Below, piece by piece: positions 47,300-56,415 of a stretch of 64,000 bases of DNA. This DNA is from a virus (Duplodnaviria > Caudoviricetes): IMG/VR virus record IMGVR_UViG_3300030330_003356, positions 20,988 through 84,987 of that record; one strand, given 5' to 3'. Under the pieces are notes generated by a model that worked only from the letters and a program-made list of their open reading frames with translations, searched no databases and was not told the DNA's origin. Both the position numbers and the translations under genes were made by a program. Each line of letters opens with the position of its first letter. Position 1 is the stretch's first letter.

Positions 47300-48306
47300 T
47301 GGATTTTCTTAAAGAGATTGTAAAAGAGATTGGAGATGACTACACAAAACTCGCATCTGATATTGACGATACTGAACAATATGTGGATACGGGTTCTTAC
47401 ATTTTTAACGGACTTGTTTCAGGGAGTATATTTGGTGGTGTATCTGGGAATAAGATTACTGCCATTGCTGGGGAGTCTAGCACTGGAAAAACTTTCTTCT
47501 CGCTTGCAGTTGTCAAGAACTTCCTGGATTCTAATCCTGATGGGTATTGCTTATATTTTGACACTGAAGCCGCTGTTAACAAATCTCTTCTCGCAGATAG
47601 GGGTTTAGATCTCAATCGTGTTGCTGTTGTCAATGTTGTTACAATTGAGGAGTTCCGTAGCAAAGCACTTAAGGCAGTTGATCTATACTTAAAAAAACCT
47701 GTAGACGAACGCAAACCCTGTATGTTTGTGTTAGACTCTTTGGGGATGCTTTCCACAGAGAAGGAGATTACAGACGTTCTGAACGACAAGCAAGTTCGTG
47801 ACATGACTAAATCACAACTTGTCAAAGGTGCTTTTAGGATGCTGACTCTGAAACTGGGACAAGCAAACATTCCTATGATCGTTACCAACCACACTTACGA
47901 TGTCATTGGCGCATATGTTCCTACAAAGGAAATGGGAGGAGGCAGTGGACTCAAGTATGCTGCTTCTACAATCATCTATCTCAGCAAGAAGAAAGAAAAA
48001 GATGGAACAGAAATCGTTGGAAACCTTATCAAGGCAAAGACTGCTAAGTCGCGTTTGAGTAAGGAGAATAAGGATGTTACTGTTCGTCTTTATTACGATA
48101 ATCGCGGTTTGGATCGCTATTATGGTTTGCTTGAACTGGGCGAACTTGGTGGACTTTGGAAGAATGTGGCTGGACGCTATGAAATAGATGGTAAGAAAGT
48201 CTATGCAAAGGCAATTTACAAAGATCCAGAACAATACTTCACCCCAGAGGTGATGGAAAAATTAGACGAGATTGCAAAACAGGAGTTTAGTTATGGACAA
48301 TGTTGA
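47299..48306 (+). CDS. uvsX: RecA-like recombinase UvsX
   Basis: AGESSTGKT, FDTEAA, VLDSLG, MGGGSGLKYAAS. Confidence 0.95.
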   Translation: MDFLKEIVKEIGDDYTKLASDIDDTEQYVDTGSYIFNGLVSGSIFGGVSGNKITAIAGESSTGKTFFSLAVVKNFLDSNPDGYCLYFDTEAAVNKSLLADRGLDLNRVAVVNVVTIEEFRSKALKAVDLYLKKPVDERKPCMFVLDSLGMLSTEKEITDVLNDKQVRDMTKSQLVKGAFRMLTLKLGQANIPMIVTNHTYDVIGAYVPTKEMGGGSGLKYAASTIIYLSKKKEKDGTEIVGNLIKAKTAKSRLSKENKDVTVRLYYDNRGLDRYYGLLELGELGGLWKNVAGRYEIDGKKVYAKAIYKDPEQYFTPEVMEKLDEIAKQEFSYGQC

Positions 48307-49666
48307 GTTTCTAATTCTTAGAAACCTACTTCATAATGAGGAATATGTCCGTAAGGTAATTCCATTTATCAAAGCAGATTATTTTGTAAACCGTAGCGAA
48401 AAGATTGTCTATGAAGAGATTCTTAAATTTGTAGAGCAATATAATAAACCAGTCACCAAAGAGATTCTCTGTATTGAAACGGAGAAGCGTCAGGATATTA
48501 CTGATAGTGATTATAAAGAAATTAAACAACTTATTTCTTCATTAGAAGAAGCACCTACAGAGTTTGATTGGTTGGTATCTACCACTGAAAAGTGGTGCCG
48601 CGATCGTGCCATCTACTTGGCTTTGATGGATTCTATTGCCATTGCTGATGGTGATAGTAAAGATAAGAGTAGAGATGCTATTCCAAGTATTCTCTCTGAT
48701 GCTCTTGCAGTGTCATTTGACACTCATGTGGGACATGATTATCTTCAGGATTATGAGGCACGTTATGAGTCCTATCACAAGAAAGAAGACAAAACCGAAT
48801 TCGACTTGGAGTATTTCAACAAGATTACGAAAGGTGGTTTGCCTAACAAGACGCTTAATATTGCTCTCGCTGGCACTGGCGTCGGTAAGAGTTTGTTTAT
48901 GTGCCATGTCGCTGCTTCGGCACTCCTTAACGGAAAAAATGTGCTATACATCACGCTTGAAATGGCTGAAGAAAAGATTGCAGAGCGAATTGATGCAAAC
49001 CTTCTCAATGTACCCATTCAGGAGATAGCAGATCTTCCTAAGATGATGTATGAGAGTAAGGTGACAAAACTCTCAGAAAAGACTCAAGGCACCCTAATTA
49101 TTAAGGAGTATCCTACTGCTTCAGCACATGCAGGACATTTCCGTGGTTTGCTTAATGAACTCGCTATTAAGAAATCATTTCGTCCTGACATTATTTTCAT
49201 TGATTACCTTAATATATGTGCTTCCTCTAGGTATCGCGGAAACCTTTCTGTCAATTCATATAGTTATATCAAAGCTATTGCTGAAGAACTTAGAGGACTC
49301 GCTGTCGAAGCGAACGTACCTATCGTATCTGCCACCCAGACTACCCGTTCTGGTTATGGTAGCTCTGATGTTGAGCTTACTGATACTAGTGAGTCCTTTG
49401 GCCTCCCTGCTACTGCTGATTTTATGTTTGCCCTTATTAGTACTGAAGAGCTCGAAGAATTGGGACAGATTATGGTAAAGCAGTTGAAGAACCGATATAA
49501 CGATCCGACTGTTTACAAGCGTTTCATTGTTGGTATTGATCGTGCCAAGATGCGACTCTATGATTGTGAGCAGACTGCTCAGACTGATATGGTTGACAGT
49601 GGGCAGGAAGAGGAGTATACTTACGATGACAAACCTAAAAAATCATTTGATGGTTTCAAATTCTAA
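48293..49666 (+). CDS. gp41: Replicative helicase gp41 (DnaB-like)
   Basis: LAGTGVGKS, ITLEM, FIDYL, SATQTTR, SESFGLP, KQLKNRY; start at MDNVEF. Confidence 0.95.
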   Translation: MDNVEFLILRNLLHNEEYVRKVIPFIKADYFVNRSEKIVYEEILKFVEQYNKPVTKEILCIETEKRQDITDSDYKEIKQLISSLEEAPTEFDWLVSTTEKWCRDRAIYLALMDSIAIADGDSKDKSRDAIPSILSDALAVSFDTHVGHDYLQDYEARYESYHKKEDKTEFDLEYFNKITKGGLPNKTLNIALAGTGVGKSLFMCHVAASALLNGKNVLYITLEMAEEKIAERIDANLLNVPIQEIADLPKMMYESKVTKLSEKTQGTLIIKEYPTASAHAGHFRGLLNELAIKKSFRPDIIFIDYLNICASSRYRGNLSVNSYSYIKAIAEELRGLAVEANVPIVSATQTTRSGYGSSDVELTDTSESFGLPATADFMFALISTEELEELGQIMVKQLKNRYNDPTVYKRFIVGIDRAKMRLYDCEQTAQTDMVDSGQEEEYTYDDKPKKSFDGFKF

Positions 49667-49935
49667 TGTATTCTGTATTTGATCCAACTGGCAAAAAGAT
49701 CGCTGATTGTGGATCATTGAGAGACGCAACCAACTTAGTTGGAATGCGTGGTGAAGGACATTACTACCAATATAAACCAGTTTATCAAACTGTAGATATT
49801 AAACCTGCTCAAGATCAACTTCCTACAACGGATATCGTCGTAAATATGGACGGTGGTGTTGGTGGTTCTTGGTTTGAAGTCGCAGGACAAACACTGCAAA
49901 TGCAACAATCTGAATTACCTGAAGTAGATTTATGA
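49666..49935 (+). CDS. Hypothetical protein, 89 aa
   Basis: Start overlaps the gp41 stop. Confidence 0.6.
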   Translation: MYSVFDPTGKKIADCGSLRDATNLVGMRGEGHYYQYKPVYQTVDIKPAQDQLPTTDIVVNMDGGVGGSWFEVAGQTLQMQQSELPEVDL

Positions 49936-50324
49936 ACAACTACACTGAATTTGTAAAGCAAACCACCAGTGCTCCTAGTCTTGATTACGCTGTTATGGCA
50001 ACTCGTTTTGCTGAACTGGAAGCAAACGGAACTAACACAACTCAACTTCTTACTGCTGCCCTTGGACTGACTGCAGAAGCAGGTGAGTTTACTGAGGTTG
50101 TGAAAAAAATTGTCTTTCAAGGTAAACCCTACAATGAGGACAATGTGTTCCACATGAAGCGTGAACTGGGTGACATCTGTTGGTATCTTGCTCAAGCATT
50201 CATGGCACTGGATACCAATTTTGAAGAGATTCTTGATATGAATATTGAGAAACTCTCTGCTCGATATCCTGAGGGAACTTTCGACGAATACTATTCTGAA
50301 AATCGTAAGGAGGGTGATCTATGA
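49932..50324 (+). CDS. mazG: MazG-like nucleotide pyrophosphohydrolase
   Basis: GLTAEAGEFTEVVKK, RELGDICWY, NIEKLSARYP. Confidence 0.9.
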   Translation: MNNYTEFVKQTTSAPSLDYAVMATRFAELEANGTNTTQLLTAALGLTAEAGEFTEVVKKIVFQGKPYNEDNVFHMKRELGDICWYLAQAFMALDTNFEEILDMNIEKLSARYPEGTFDEYYSENRKEGDL

Positions 50325-50521
50325 TTAAACTTGAAATGGAATCCCGTGAAGCAGCAGCACTTGCACATGCTTTGTTTCTTCACACCAAAGATGACTCTGA
50401 GTTTTTTGCATCTGAACGTGTGCAACTGATCAGGGGAGTTCTTCATAGACTTTATAAAGAAATTGATGTAGATTTTGAACAACGACAAGAGGCATTAAAG
50501 AATGAAACTACTGACACTTGA
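50321..50521 (+). CDS. Hypothetical protein, 66 aa
   Basis: ATGA overlap with mazG. Confidence 0.6.
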   Translation: MIKLEMESREAAALAHALFLHTKDDSEFFASERVQLIRGVLHRLYKEIDVDFEQRQEALKNETTDT

Positions 50522-50744
50522 GGATTATCAAAAGGCTGGAGAAACGTTTTGGCCTAAGTATTGGTATGTGGCAAAAGAACTTGGCGAAGATGCAAAACCA
50601 GAACAAGTTCTCAAAGTTATGGAAGCAGTCGGTGGACTTGCACTTAAACTCGCACTAGACAAAAAGGAAGGCCCCTTTGGATTCAACAAATCAAATGACG
50701 GAACAGAAGAAACCAACATTGGCAGCAACGTTGGGCCCGAATAA
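50502..50744 (+). CDS. Hypothetical protein, 80 aa
   Basis: LLTLEDYQKAGETFWPKYWYVAKELGE; continuous packing. Confidence 0.65.
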   Translation: MKLLTLEDYQKAGETFWPKYWYVAKELGEDAKPEQVLKVMEAVGGLALKLALDKKEGPFGFNKSNDGTEETNIGSNVGPE

Positions 50745-50988
50745 TACTATCGAAAAGAACATTCCAGAAGATGTTGTCTGGATTGATGATGTCTTTTACA
50801 TTAAAAAGACACGTTTTGGATTGTATACTAGCATCCTTAAAGAACCACTTGGAGCACACTTTCTCACAGGTGGCACATATGAAGGAGTGGAAACTATGTC
50901 GCGTTGGCATCTAATGCAACTACAAGAAGGAACACTTCAAGATCATAGTCGTATTATTAATTCTGGTGTTGTTGGAGGAAAACTCTAA
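50695..50988 (+). CDS. Hypothetical protein, about 97 aa
   Basis: WIDDVFYIKKTRFGLYTS...SRIINSGVVGGKL; ATG 50695 preferred over the TTG start in the track. Confidence 0.6.
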   Translation: MTEQKKPTLAATLGPNNTIEKNIPEDVVWIDDVFYIKKTRFGLYTSILKEPLGAHFLTGGTYEGVETMSRWHLMQLQEGTLQDHSRIINSGVVGGKL

Positions 50989-50991
50989 ATA
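50985..50991 (+). promoter_or_regulatory. Late promoter (CTAAATA) upstream of the nuclease gene
   Basis: TAAATA core overlapping the upstream stop. Confidence 0.55.
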
Positions 50992-51003
50992 CCTAAAAAA
51001 ATA

Positions 51004-51786
51004 ATGCCTAAATTTAAAACCTATAAAGAAGATTCTCCTAGGGATAAAGATTATTATGATCTCCCTTCTAGTGTCAACAACAAAGGTTTTTTATATGAAG
51101 AGTACATTTTTGAATTATTGAAAGAGCAAAATTTAGTGCCATCTGGATTTTATCCAGCAGGTTCAGATGACACTGCTCCTGATTGTAAGTTTATCTGGAA
51201 AGGTAAAGAATATAATCTTGAAATTAAACTTAATGAAAAAGCAGATTTTGGGCAGAGTGGATTAAAGTATAATATCTCTACAAAGAAATGGTACTTGGAT
51301 GGTAAGAACAATACTTATCATCGAACCATGAGAAAAAATTTAGAAAAATTTGGAGTCCCATCTTTTGTGCAAAAAGAATGGGGCTCTTTTGGTGTTCCTA
51401 GACTTTTTGAAAGAGCAAGTAATAGAGAAAAAATGACTTGGGATGATAAAGATCATGACTATCAAACTTTCAAAGACGCTTATATCCCCATAGATAATAG
51501 AACTTTTTTTAAATTTTATAATTCAAAAAATGTATACTATATTCAAATCGGTGGAGGGTATGGGACTTACTACTTGGGGAAAGATCCTGCTAACTTAAAG
51601 GGATTTACTGATATTATAAAATTTGATGGAACAATTAAATTAAGAATCAGAAAAAAAGGTTCTACAATATCTCCCAACTATCGATTTAGCACTGCTTTGA
51701 TGATTGATAGTAATCCCACAAAATCACAATTTGACATTTCACAAAGCGACTCCATAGAATATTTGGTTTCAAATCTTTCTAAATAA
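51004..51786 (+). CDS. PD-(D/E)xK restriction-endonuclease-like protein
   Basis: GFLYE...APDCKF...NLEIK: E, PD and ExK residues in nuclease order; visibly AT-rich coding sequence. Confidence 0.55.
   Translation: MPKFKTYKEDSPRDKDYYDLPSSVNNKGFLYEEYIFELLKEQNLVPSGFYPAGSDDTAPDCKFIWKGKEYNLEIKLNEKADFGQSGLKYNISTKKWYLDGKNNTYHRTMRKNLEKFGVPSFVQKEWGSFGVPRLFERASNREKMTWDDKDHDYQTFKDAYIPIDNRTFFKFYNSKNVYYIQIGGGYGTYYLGKDPANLKGFTDIIKFDGTIKLRIRKKGSTISPNYRFSTALMIDSNPTKSQFDISQSDSIEYLVSNLSK
51779..51785 (+). promoter_or_regulatory. Late promoter (CTAAATA) upstream of the nucleotidyltransferase
   Basis: TAAATA core overlapping the end of the nuclease gene. Confidence 0.55.
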
Positions 51787-51808
51787 CATATAAGGATCAA
51801 TAATATAG

Positions 51809-53038
51809 ATGAAAAGTTTCTTTCAGTTCCTTGGTGAAGCAGAAACACAAGCAGCATCACAGGCGAAAAAACTTGGTTTGAAAGGCGACGGACATGGTGG
51901 CTGGGTAAACCGTGCTGGAGAGTTTGTCGCTAAAACCGTTGACGGTAAGTTAAAGTTTTTTGATAAGAATCAAAAACCTGGTAAGGATCCAGATCAAACT
52001 CCTAATACTAAAAAGGTAGAACCCAAACTTAAAACCAAAACAATGTCTGTGGACAAATCTCCACAGAAAGCACCAAAGAAAGGTGGAAAGGAAGGAGACG
52101 AAGAAGTAATCGGATCTGATACTTTGACTCTCGCTTTCGGTAGATTTAATCCTCCTACTGTTGGGCATGAAAAACTTTTACAGATGGCAAAGAAAGTTGC
52201 CGCTAATGGTACTTTAAGGATTTATCCTTCTAGGACTCAAGACAAGAAGAAGAATCCTCTTGATCCTGATATTAAAGTATCTTACATGAGAAAAATGTTC
52301 CCTGATTTTGAGGAGAACATTATTAATGATAGTGAGATGAGATCTATCTTTAATGTTCTGCAGAGTGCAGATAGAGATTTCAAAAATATCAATATCATTG
52401 TAGGTTCGGATCGTCAAGCAGAATTTGAAAACCTGTCAAATAAGTACAATGGTGAACTTTATAACTTCGATGAGATTAGAGTGATATCTGCTGGTGCAAG
52501 AGATGCAGATGCTGAAGGAATCGAAGGAATGTCTGCTTCTAAGATGCGTAAAGCAGTTGTAGATGGAGATATGGAATCCTTTAAAAAAGGACTTCCAAAG
52601 ATTGTTACAGATTCTGAGGCACAGTCACTCTTCGATGCTGTTGCTGATGGAATGAAAATTAAGAAGAAACAGAAAGTCGCTGCTGAGATGTGGGAGATTG
52701 CTCCTAAGTATGATGCTAAAGGACTTAGAGAGCAATATGTAAATGGACTCATCTATAAGATTGGCGATATTGTAGAAAATTTGAACACAGGATTGATTGG
52801 TGAGATTGTCCGTAGAGGAACCAATCATCTTATTTGTGTCACTAAAGAAAATATCATGTTCAAGTCTTGGATTCGTGATGTTATGGAGTATACTGAAGTT
52901 AAAATGGATCGTCGTATGAGAGTTCCTGGTAAACCTAACACTCTGGATGGCACTGGTGGTTATCTCAAGAATGCTATGGCGGCAACTGGCACCTCTACTA
53001 TTAAGAATTTCATAAATAAGTACAAAGCTAAAAAGTAG
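51809..53038 (+). CDS. HIGH-superfamily nucleotidyltransferase (cyanophage cytidylyltransferase)
   Basis: FGRFNPPTVGHEKL (HxGH-like), IIVGSDR, MSASKMR; N-terminus resembles the T4 capsid-targeting sequence. Confidence 0.8.
   Translation: MKSFFQFLGEAETQAASQAKKLGLKGDGHGGWVNRAGEFVAKTVDGKLKFFDKNQKPGKDPDQTPNTKKVEPKLKTKTMSVDKSPQKAPKKGGKEGDEEVIGSDTLTLAFGRFNPPTVGHEKLLQMAKKVAANGTLRIYPSRTQDKKKNPLDPDIKVSYMRKMFPDFEENIINDSEMRSIFNVLQSADRDFKNINIIVGSDRQAEFENLSNKYNGELYNFDEIRVISAGARDADAEGIEGMSASKMRKAVVDGDMESFKKGLPKIVTDSEAQSLFDAVADGMKIKKKQKVAAEMWEIAPKYDAKGLREQYVNGLIYKIGDIVENLNTGLIGEIVRRGTNHLICVTKENIMFKSWIRDVMEYTEVKMDRRMRVPGKPNTLDGTGGYLKNAMAATGTSTIKNFINKYKAKK
53011..53018 (+). promoter_or_regulatory. Late promoter (CATAAATA) upstream of the 783-aa protein
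   Basis: TAAATA core 30 nt before the ATG. Confidence 0.5.
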
Positions 53039-53047
53039 TAGATAGCC

Positions 53048-55399
53048 ATGTCTAATGGAATCGGTAAGAATCCTTTGAATGATATTTCAAAGGTATACTT
53101 AGAAATGCGTGAGTCTTATAAGATTGAACCTCCTAAGGAGAGATTGAAGACTGATCGCAATATGTTCAATATTCCTAAGGACGAACAAGAGGCAGCTAGA
53201 GAGCGTCTTAAGGCAAAGGCTGCTGCTAAGCGTGCTGAGCGTGCTAAGATGAAAGAAGCACTTGATCCTGTTGGCAAGGAAGATGGTGATGTCAATAATG
53301 ATGGTAAGAAAGATAGCACCGATTCTTATCTGTTGAAGCGTCGTAAGGCAATCGCCAAAGCGATGAAGACTCGCAAAGAAGAATTAGAGACTACTGAGAT
53401 TGAAATCACAGAAGAAATGGTGGCAAGTAATGCTGCTCATTACTTCTATGAAGAGGGTATTAATGAAGAGGGTGTAGAAATATTCATTGAAGAACTTGGA
53501 CTCGAAGAGTTTGTATCTTTTGTAGAGGATCTGTCTTCTGACTTGCTTACTGAAGCGAGAGCGGCAAGAAGAGCACGTAAAGGTGCAAAATCATATGATC
53601 AAGTAAAGGCAGAGATTGATGCCAAAGAGGCTTCCAAGAAAAAAGCATCTCCCGCAAAGGTTCAGACTGCTACAGCAACTGCTAAAAAGCAACAACCTAA
53701 GAAGAGAGGTGCGTTAGATAGCATTGCAAGAACGGTTCTTAAGGGGATGGATCGTCATAAAGCGGCAATGGCAAGAGCTAAGAGTGATATTCAAACCACC
53801 AAAAAGATTGCTTCAAAGGTTGGTAAAGGTGCAAGGGAATTTGGTAAAGGATTTGCTTCTGGTGTAAAAACTGCAGGTACAACTGCAAAGGTTGCAAAGA
53901 AAGCAATGGAAGAGTACTCTGATTGGAGATCTGATCTCGTAGAAGCAGATCTTATTGAAGTTATGGATGAGGACGAAGCAGAAAAACCCATCAAAGAAAA
54001 GAAGGTAAATAATAAAGTAAAGATCAACCCTAAACTTGGTGAAGCCATTGAAGAGATTGGTGGAACTTTGCTTGAGGAAGTTGAGATTGATGAACTTGAT
54101 ATCATCATTGAGAGTGTATATGATGAACTGATTGAAGAAGGATACTCTGAGGATGATGTTGAGGATGCGATTGAGTTTGCTCTGACTGAACAACTTAATG
54201 AGGTAAGTGATCGTTATTATGATTCTGCAGTAAAAGCATCAAAGGATGCTGCTGCCAAGAAAAAAAGAGAAGAGATGATGAAGAGAGCGAAAGGACGCCT
54301 CAGATTCATGAAGAGAAAGGCTGGTGAAGCATCTGCCAAACTGAGAGGAAAGGCTGCTGGTGCTGCTGTTGCTGCTACCATGGCGGGTGGTATTGCTAAA
54401 GATCAGGCAAGAAGAACTGGTAGAGCAGTTAAGCAGGCAGTAACAAGTGCTCCTGGAAAAGCGAAGAGAAGCATTAAGGATAGAATTAAGAAAGCAGCAC
54501 TTGGTGTTGCTAAGCGCATGAGCGAGGAAAAGCAGGATCTTCAAGAACTTCCTATTGTCCCCATGGCTGCTGGTGCCGCTGCTTTAGGTGGTGCTGCCAT
54601 GGCGATTAATAAAGCGATGAAATCTGCAAATACTCATAGCGATAAGTCAGTTGGAAAACCAACAATCCAGGGTGCTGCTTCTGGTATGAGAAATAAAAAT
54701 GCTAAACTGCAAAAAGCGTTAGATCTGCTGAAGCAATCTCATGAGCCTGAGGGTGATGTTATCGATGAGAAGTTTGGCATGGCAGCAGACACTTCTAAAC
54801 CTCAGTCTCCAAGGCCAACAAAAATGCCTAAGAGCAGAGAAAGAAACATCGGGAAGCATGACGACTGGAAGGATAAGCATCCTGACAAGAGAGATTTCGG
54901 TGAAAGGCCTTCCAAAGGACAGAAACTGAAGTCCAGAGCATCCGCTGTTGTCCAGTCCCAGAGACGCACCGACAAGGAAGTTGGTGTCAGAGAGCAGAGC
55001 GAACTTGAGGAAGGCAAGAAAAAAATGCCTTACGTCAAGATGTTCCGCAAGGCAGGTAACCTTGGACGTGACGGAAGTCCTGAAGCAATGGAGCGTTCTA
55101 AGAAAATCACTGGTGTGATGAACAAGAATGCTGAAAGAGTTGCTGCTCACCGCGAAAGAGATGATGCTGCCAAGGATGCTAAAGCAGCAAGAAAGGCAAA
55201 AATGAAAGAAGAATTATCCATTGATCAGCAGATGAAGATCTCTCGTGATGCAGCAAAGGATAGAAATCCTAATCCTGATCACAAGGCAATTCGTGGTAAG
55301 ATGTTGAAGAAACCTCTTCCTAAGGACACTAGAACAGATGCTCAGAAAATGACTGATGCAACTGGCCCCCGTCCTGGTTCCCGTTACAGAGGTGACTGA
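53048..55399 (+). CDS. 783-aa modular protein with alternating acidic and basic blocks
   Basis: Basic Lys/Ala/Arg modules begin right after LxE motifs (LLTE|ARAARR, QLNE|VSDR, DLQE|LPIV, VIDE|KFG, ELEE|GKKK). Confidence 0.75.
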   Translation: MSNGIGKNPLNDISKVYLEMRESYKIEPPKERLKTDRNMFNIPKDEQEAARERLKAKAAAKRAERAKMKEALDPVGKEDGDVNNDGKKDSTDSYLLKRRKAIAKAMKTRKEELETTEIEITEEMVASNAAHYFYEEGINEEGVEIFIEELGLEEFVSFVEDLSSDLLTEARAARRARKGAKSYDQVKAEIDAKEASKKKASPAKVQTATATAKKQQPKKRGALDSIARTVLKGMDRHKAAMARAKSDIQTTKKIASKVGKGAREFGKGFASGVKTAGTTAKVAKKAMEEYSDWRSDLVEADLIEVMDEDEAEKPIKEKKVNNKVKINPKLGEAIEEIGGTLLEEVEIDELDIIIESVYDELIEEGYSEDDVEDAIEFALTEQLNEVSDRYYDSAVKASKDAAAKKKREEMMKRAKGRLRFMKRKAGEASAKLRGKAAGAAVAATMAGGIAKDQARRTGRAVKQAVTSAPGKAKRSIKDRIKKAALGVAKRMSEEKQDLQELPIVPMAAGAAALGGAAMAINKAMKSANTHSDKSVGKPTIQGAASGMRNKNAKLQKALDLLKQSHEPEGDVIDEKFGMAADTSKPQSPRPTKMPKSRERNIGKHDDWKDKHPDKRDFGERPSKGQKLKSRASAVVQSQRRTDKEVGVREQSELEEGKKKMPYVKMFRKAGNLGRDGSPEAMERSKKITGVMNKNAERVAAHRERDDAAKDAKAARKAKMKEELSIDQQMKISRDAAKDRNPNPDHKAIRGKMLKKPLPKDTRTDAQKMTDATGPRPGSRYRGD

Positions 55400-56139
55400 T
55401 GCCTTTAGATCTGAAGAAAGACGATATGGGGGATGTCATTAAGGACTTTTATAAGTCCAAGGCACCCCAATTCAAAGGTAAGTCTAAGAAAAAAAGAAGG
55501 GAGATGGCCATCGCTGCCAAGTTAAGTGCAGAGCGTGGCCCTCTTCCCGAAGAGGATAATCCTCGTATTCCTAGAAAGAAGGGACAACCTGCTAATTCTA
55601 AGAAACATTCTGATCTTTACACTGATGAGAATCCTAAGGGAACTATTCATGGTTTAGGATTTAAAGATGTTGCTACTGCGAAAGCATCAGTCTCTAAGAT
55701 TCGCAATTCATCTAGATCTCATGCTCATAAGATCCAGGCAGCAGTTGCTATGGAACAAAGAGCAAGAGAGATGGGTAAGACTTCAGAAGCAGCAGTCTTC
55801 AGAAAATATATTAATGCGATGAAAAAGAAGACTAAGAAGATGAATGAGGGGTGGAGTGACAAGTATAAGAAGTCAATTGATTGTAATAACCCCAAAGGAT
55901 TCTCACAGAGAGCACATTGTCAGGGTAAAAAGAAGAAAGTAGACGAAACTGCTTACTACAAAACTGACAAGTATAATAAAAAGGTTGCAGACGCAGAAAA
56001 GCGTAACAAGGAAAAAGACAAACGAATGAAGTTTGGTAAGTTTTATGATAAAGCAAAGGAAGCAAGAGATCGTTTACGTCCTGGTGAAGTAAAACGTTAC
56101 GATAAGAAGTTAGGAAGGTACGTTTCTAATAAAGAGTGA
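55399..56139 (+). CDS. 246-aa modular basic protein
   Basis: Four Lys-rich modules separated by LPE|E, KMNE|G and KVDE|T. Confidence 0.72.
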   Translation: MPLDLKKDDMGDVIKDFYKSKAPQFKGKSKKKRREMAIAAKLSAERGPLPEEDNPRIPRKKGQPANSKKHSDLYTDENPKGTIHGLGFKDVATAKASVSKIRNSSRSHAHKIQAAVAMEQRAREMGKTSEAAVFRKYINAMKKKTKKMNEGWSDKYKKSIDCNNPKGFSQRAHCQGKKKKVDETAYYKTDKYNKKVADAEKRNKEKDKRMKFGKFYDKAKEARDRLRPGEVKRYDKKLGRYVSNKE

Positions 56140-56170
56140 CGATATATAGTGTGTAGAACTGAGGTTCATC

Positions 56171-56371
56171 ATGCTCGCATTTTTACTTCCTTTAGCTTCA
56201 AAAATTATCAAAGATGCCGTCGCCAAGATTCCAGAAAATGAGGAACTCGGTGAGAAGATGGTTGAGATCTGTCTTATTATTCTTGCTAAGGCAGTTAAGT
56301 TAACCAAGACTGATATGGATGATCAACTGCTTGAAGTTGTCACTAAGGCAATTGAAGCGAGAGAAGAATGA
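56171..56371 (+). CDS. Small helical hypothetical protein, 66 aa
   Basis: GAGG SD; FLLPLASKII...LTKTDMDDQLL. Confidence 0.7.
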   Translation: MLAFLLPLASKIIKDAVAKIPENEELGEKMVEICLIILAKAVKLTKTDMDDQLLEVVTKAIEAREE

Positions 56372-56374
56372 ATT

Positions 56375-56382
56375 TATAAATA
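56375..56382 (+). promoter_or_regulatory. Late promoter, perfect TATAAATA
   Basis: Exact consensus upstream of the 56416 gene. Confidence 0.75.
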
Positions 56383-56415
56383 TCTCTATGCAATTAAAAC
56401 TATCGGACGCAAGAC

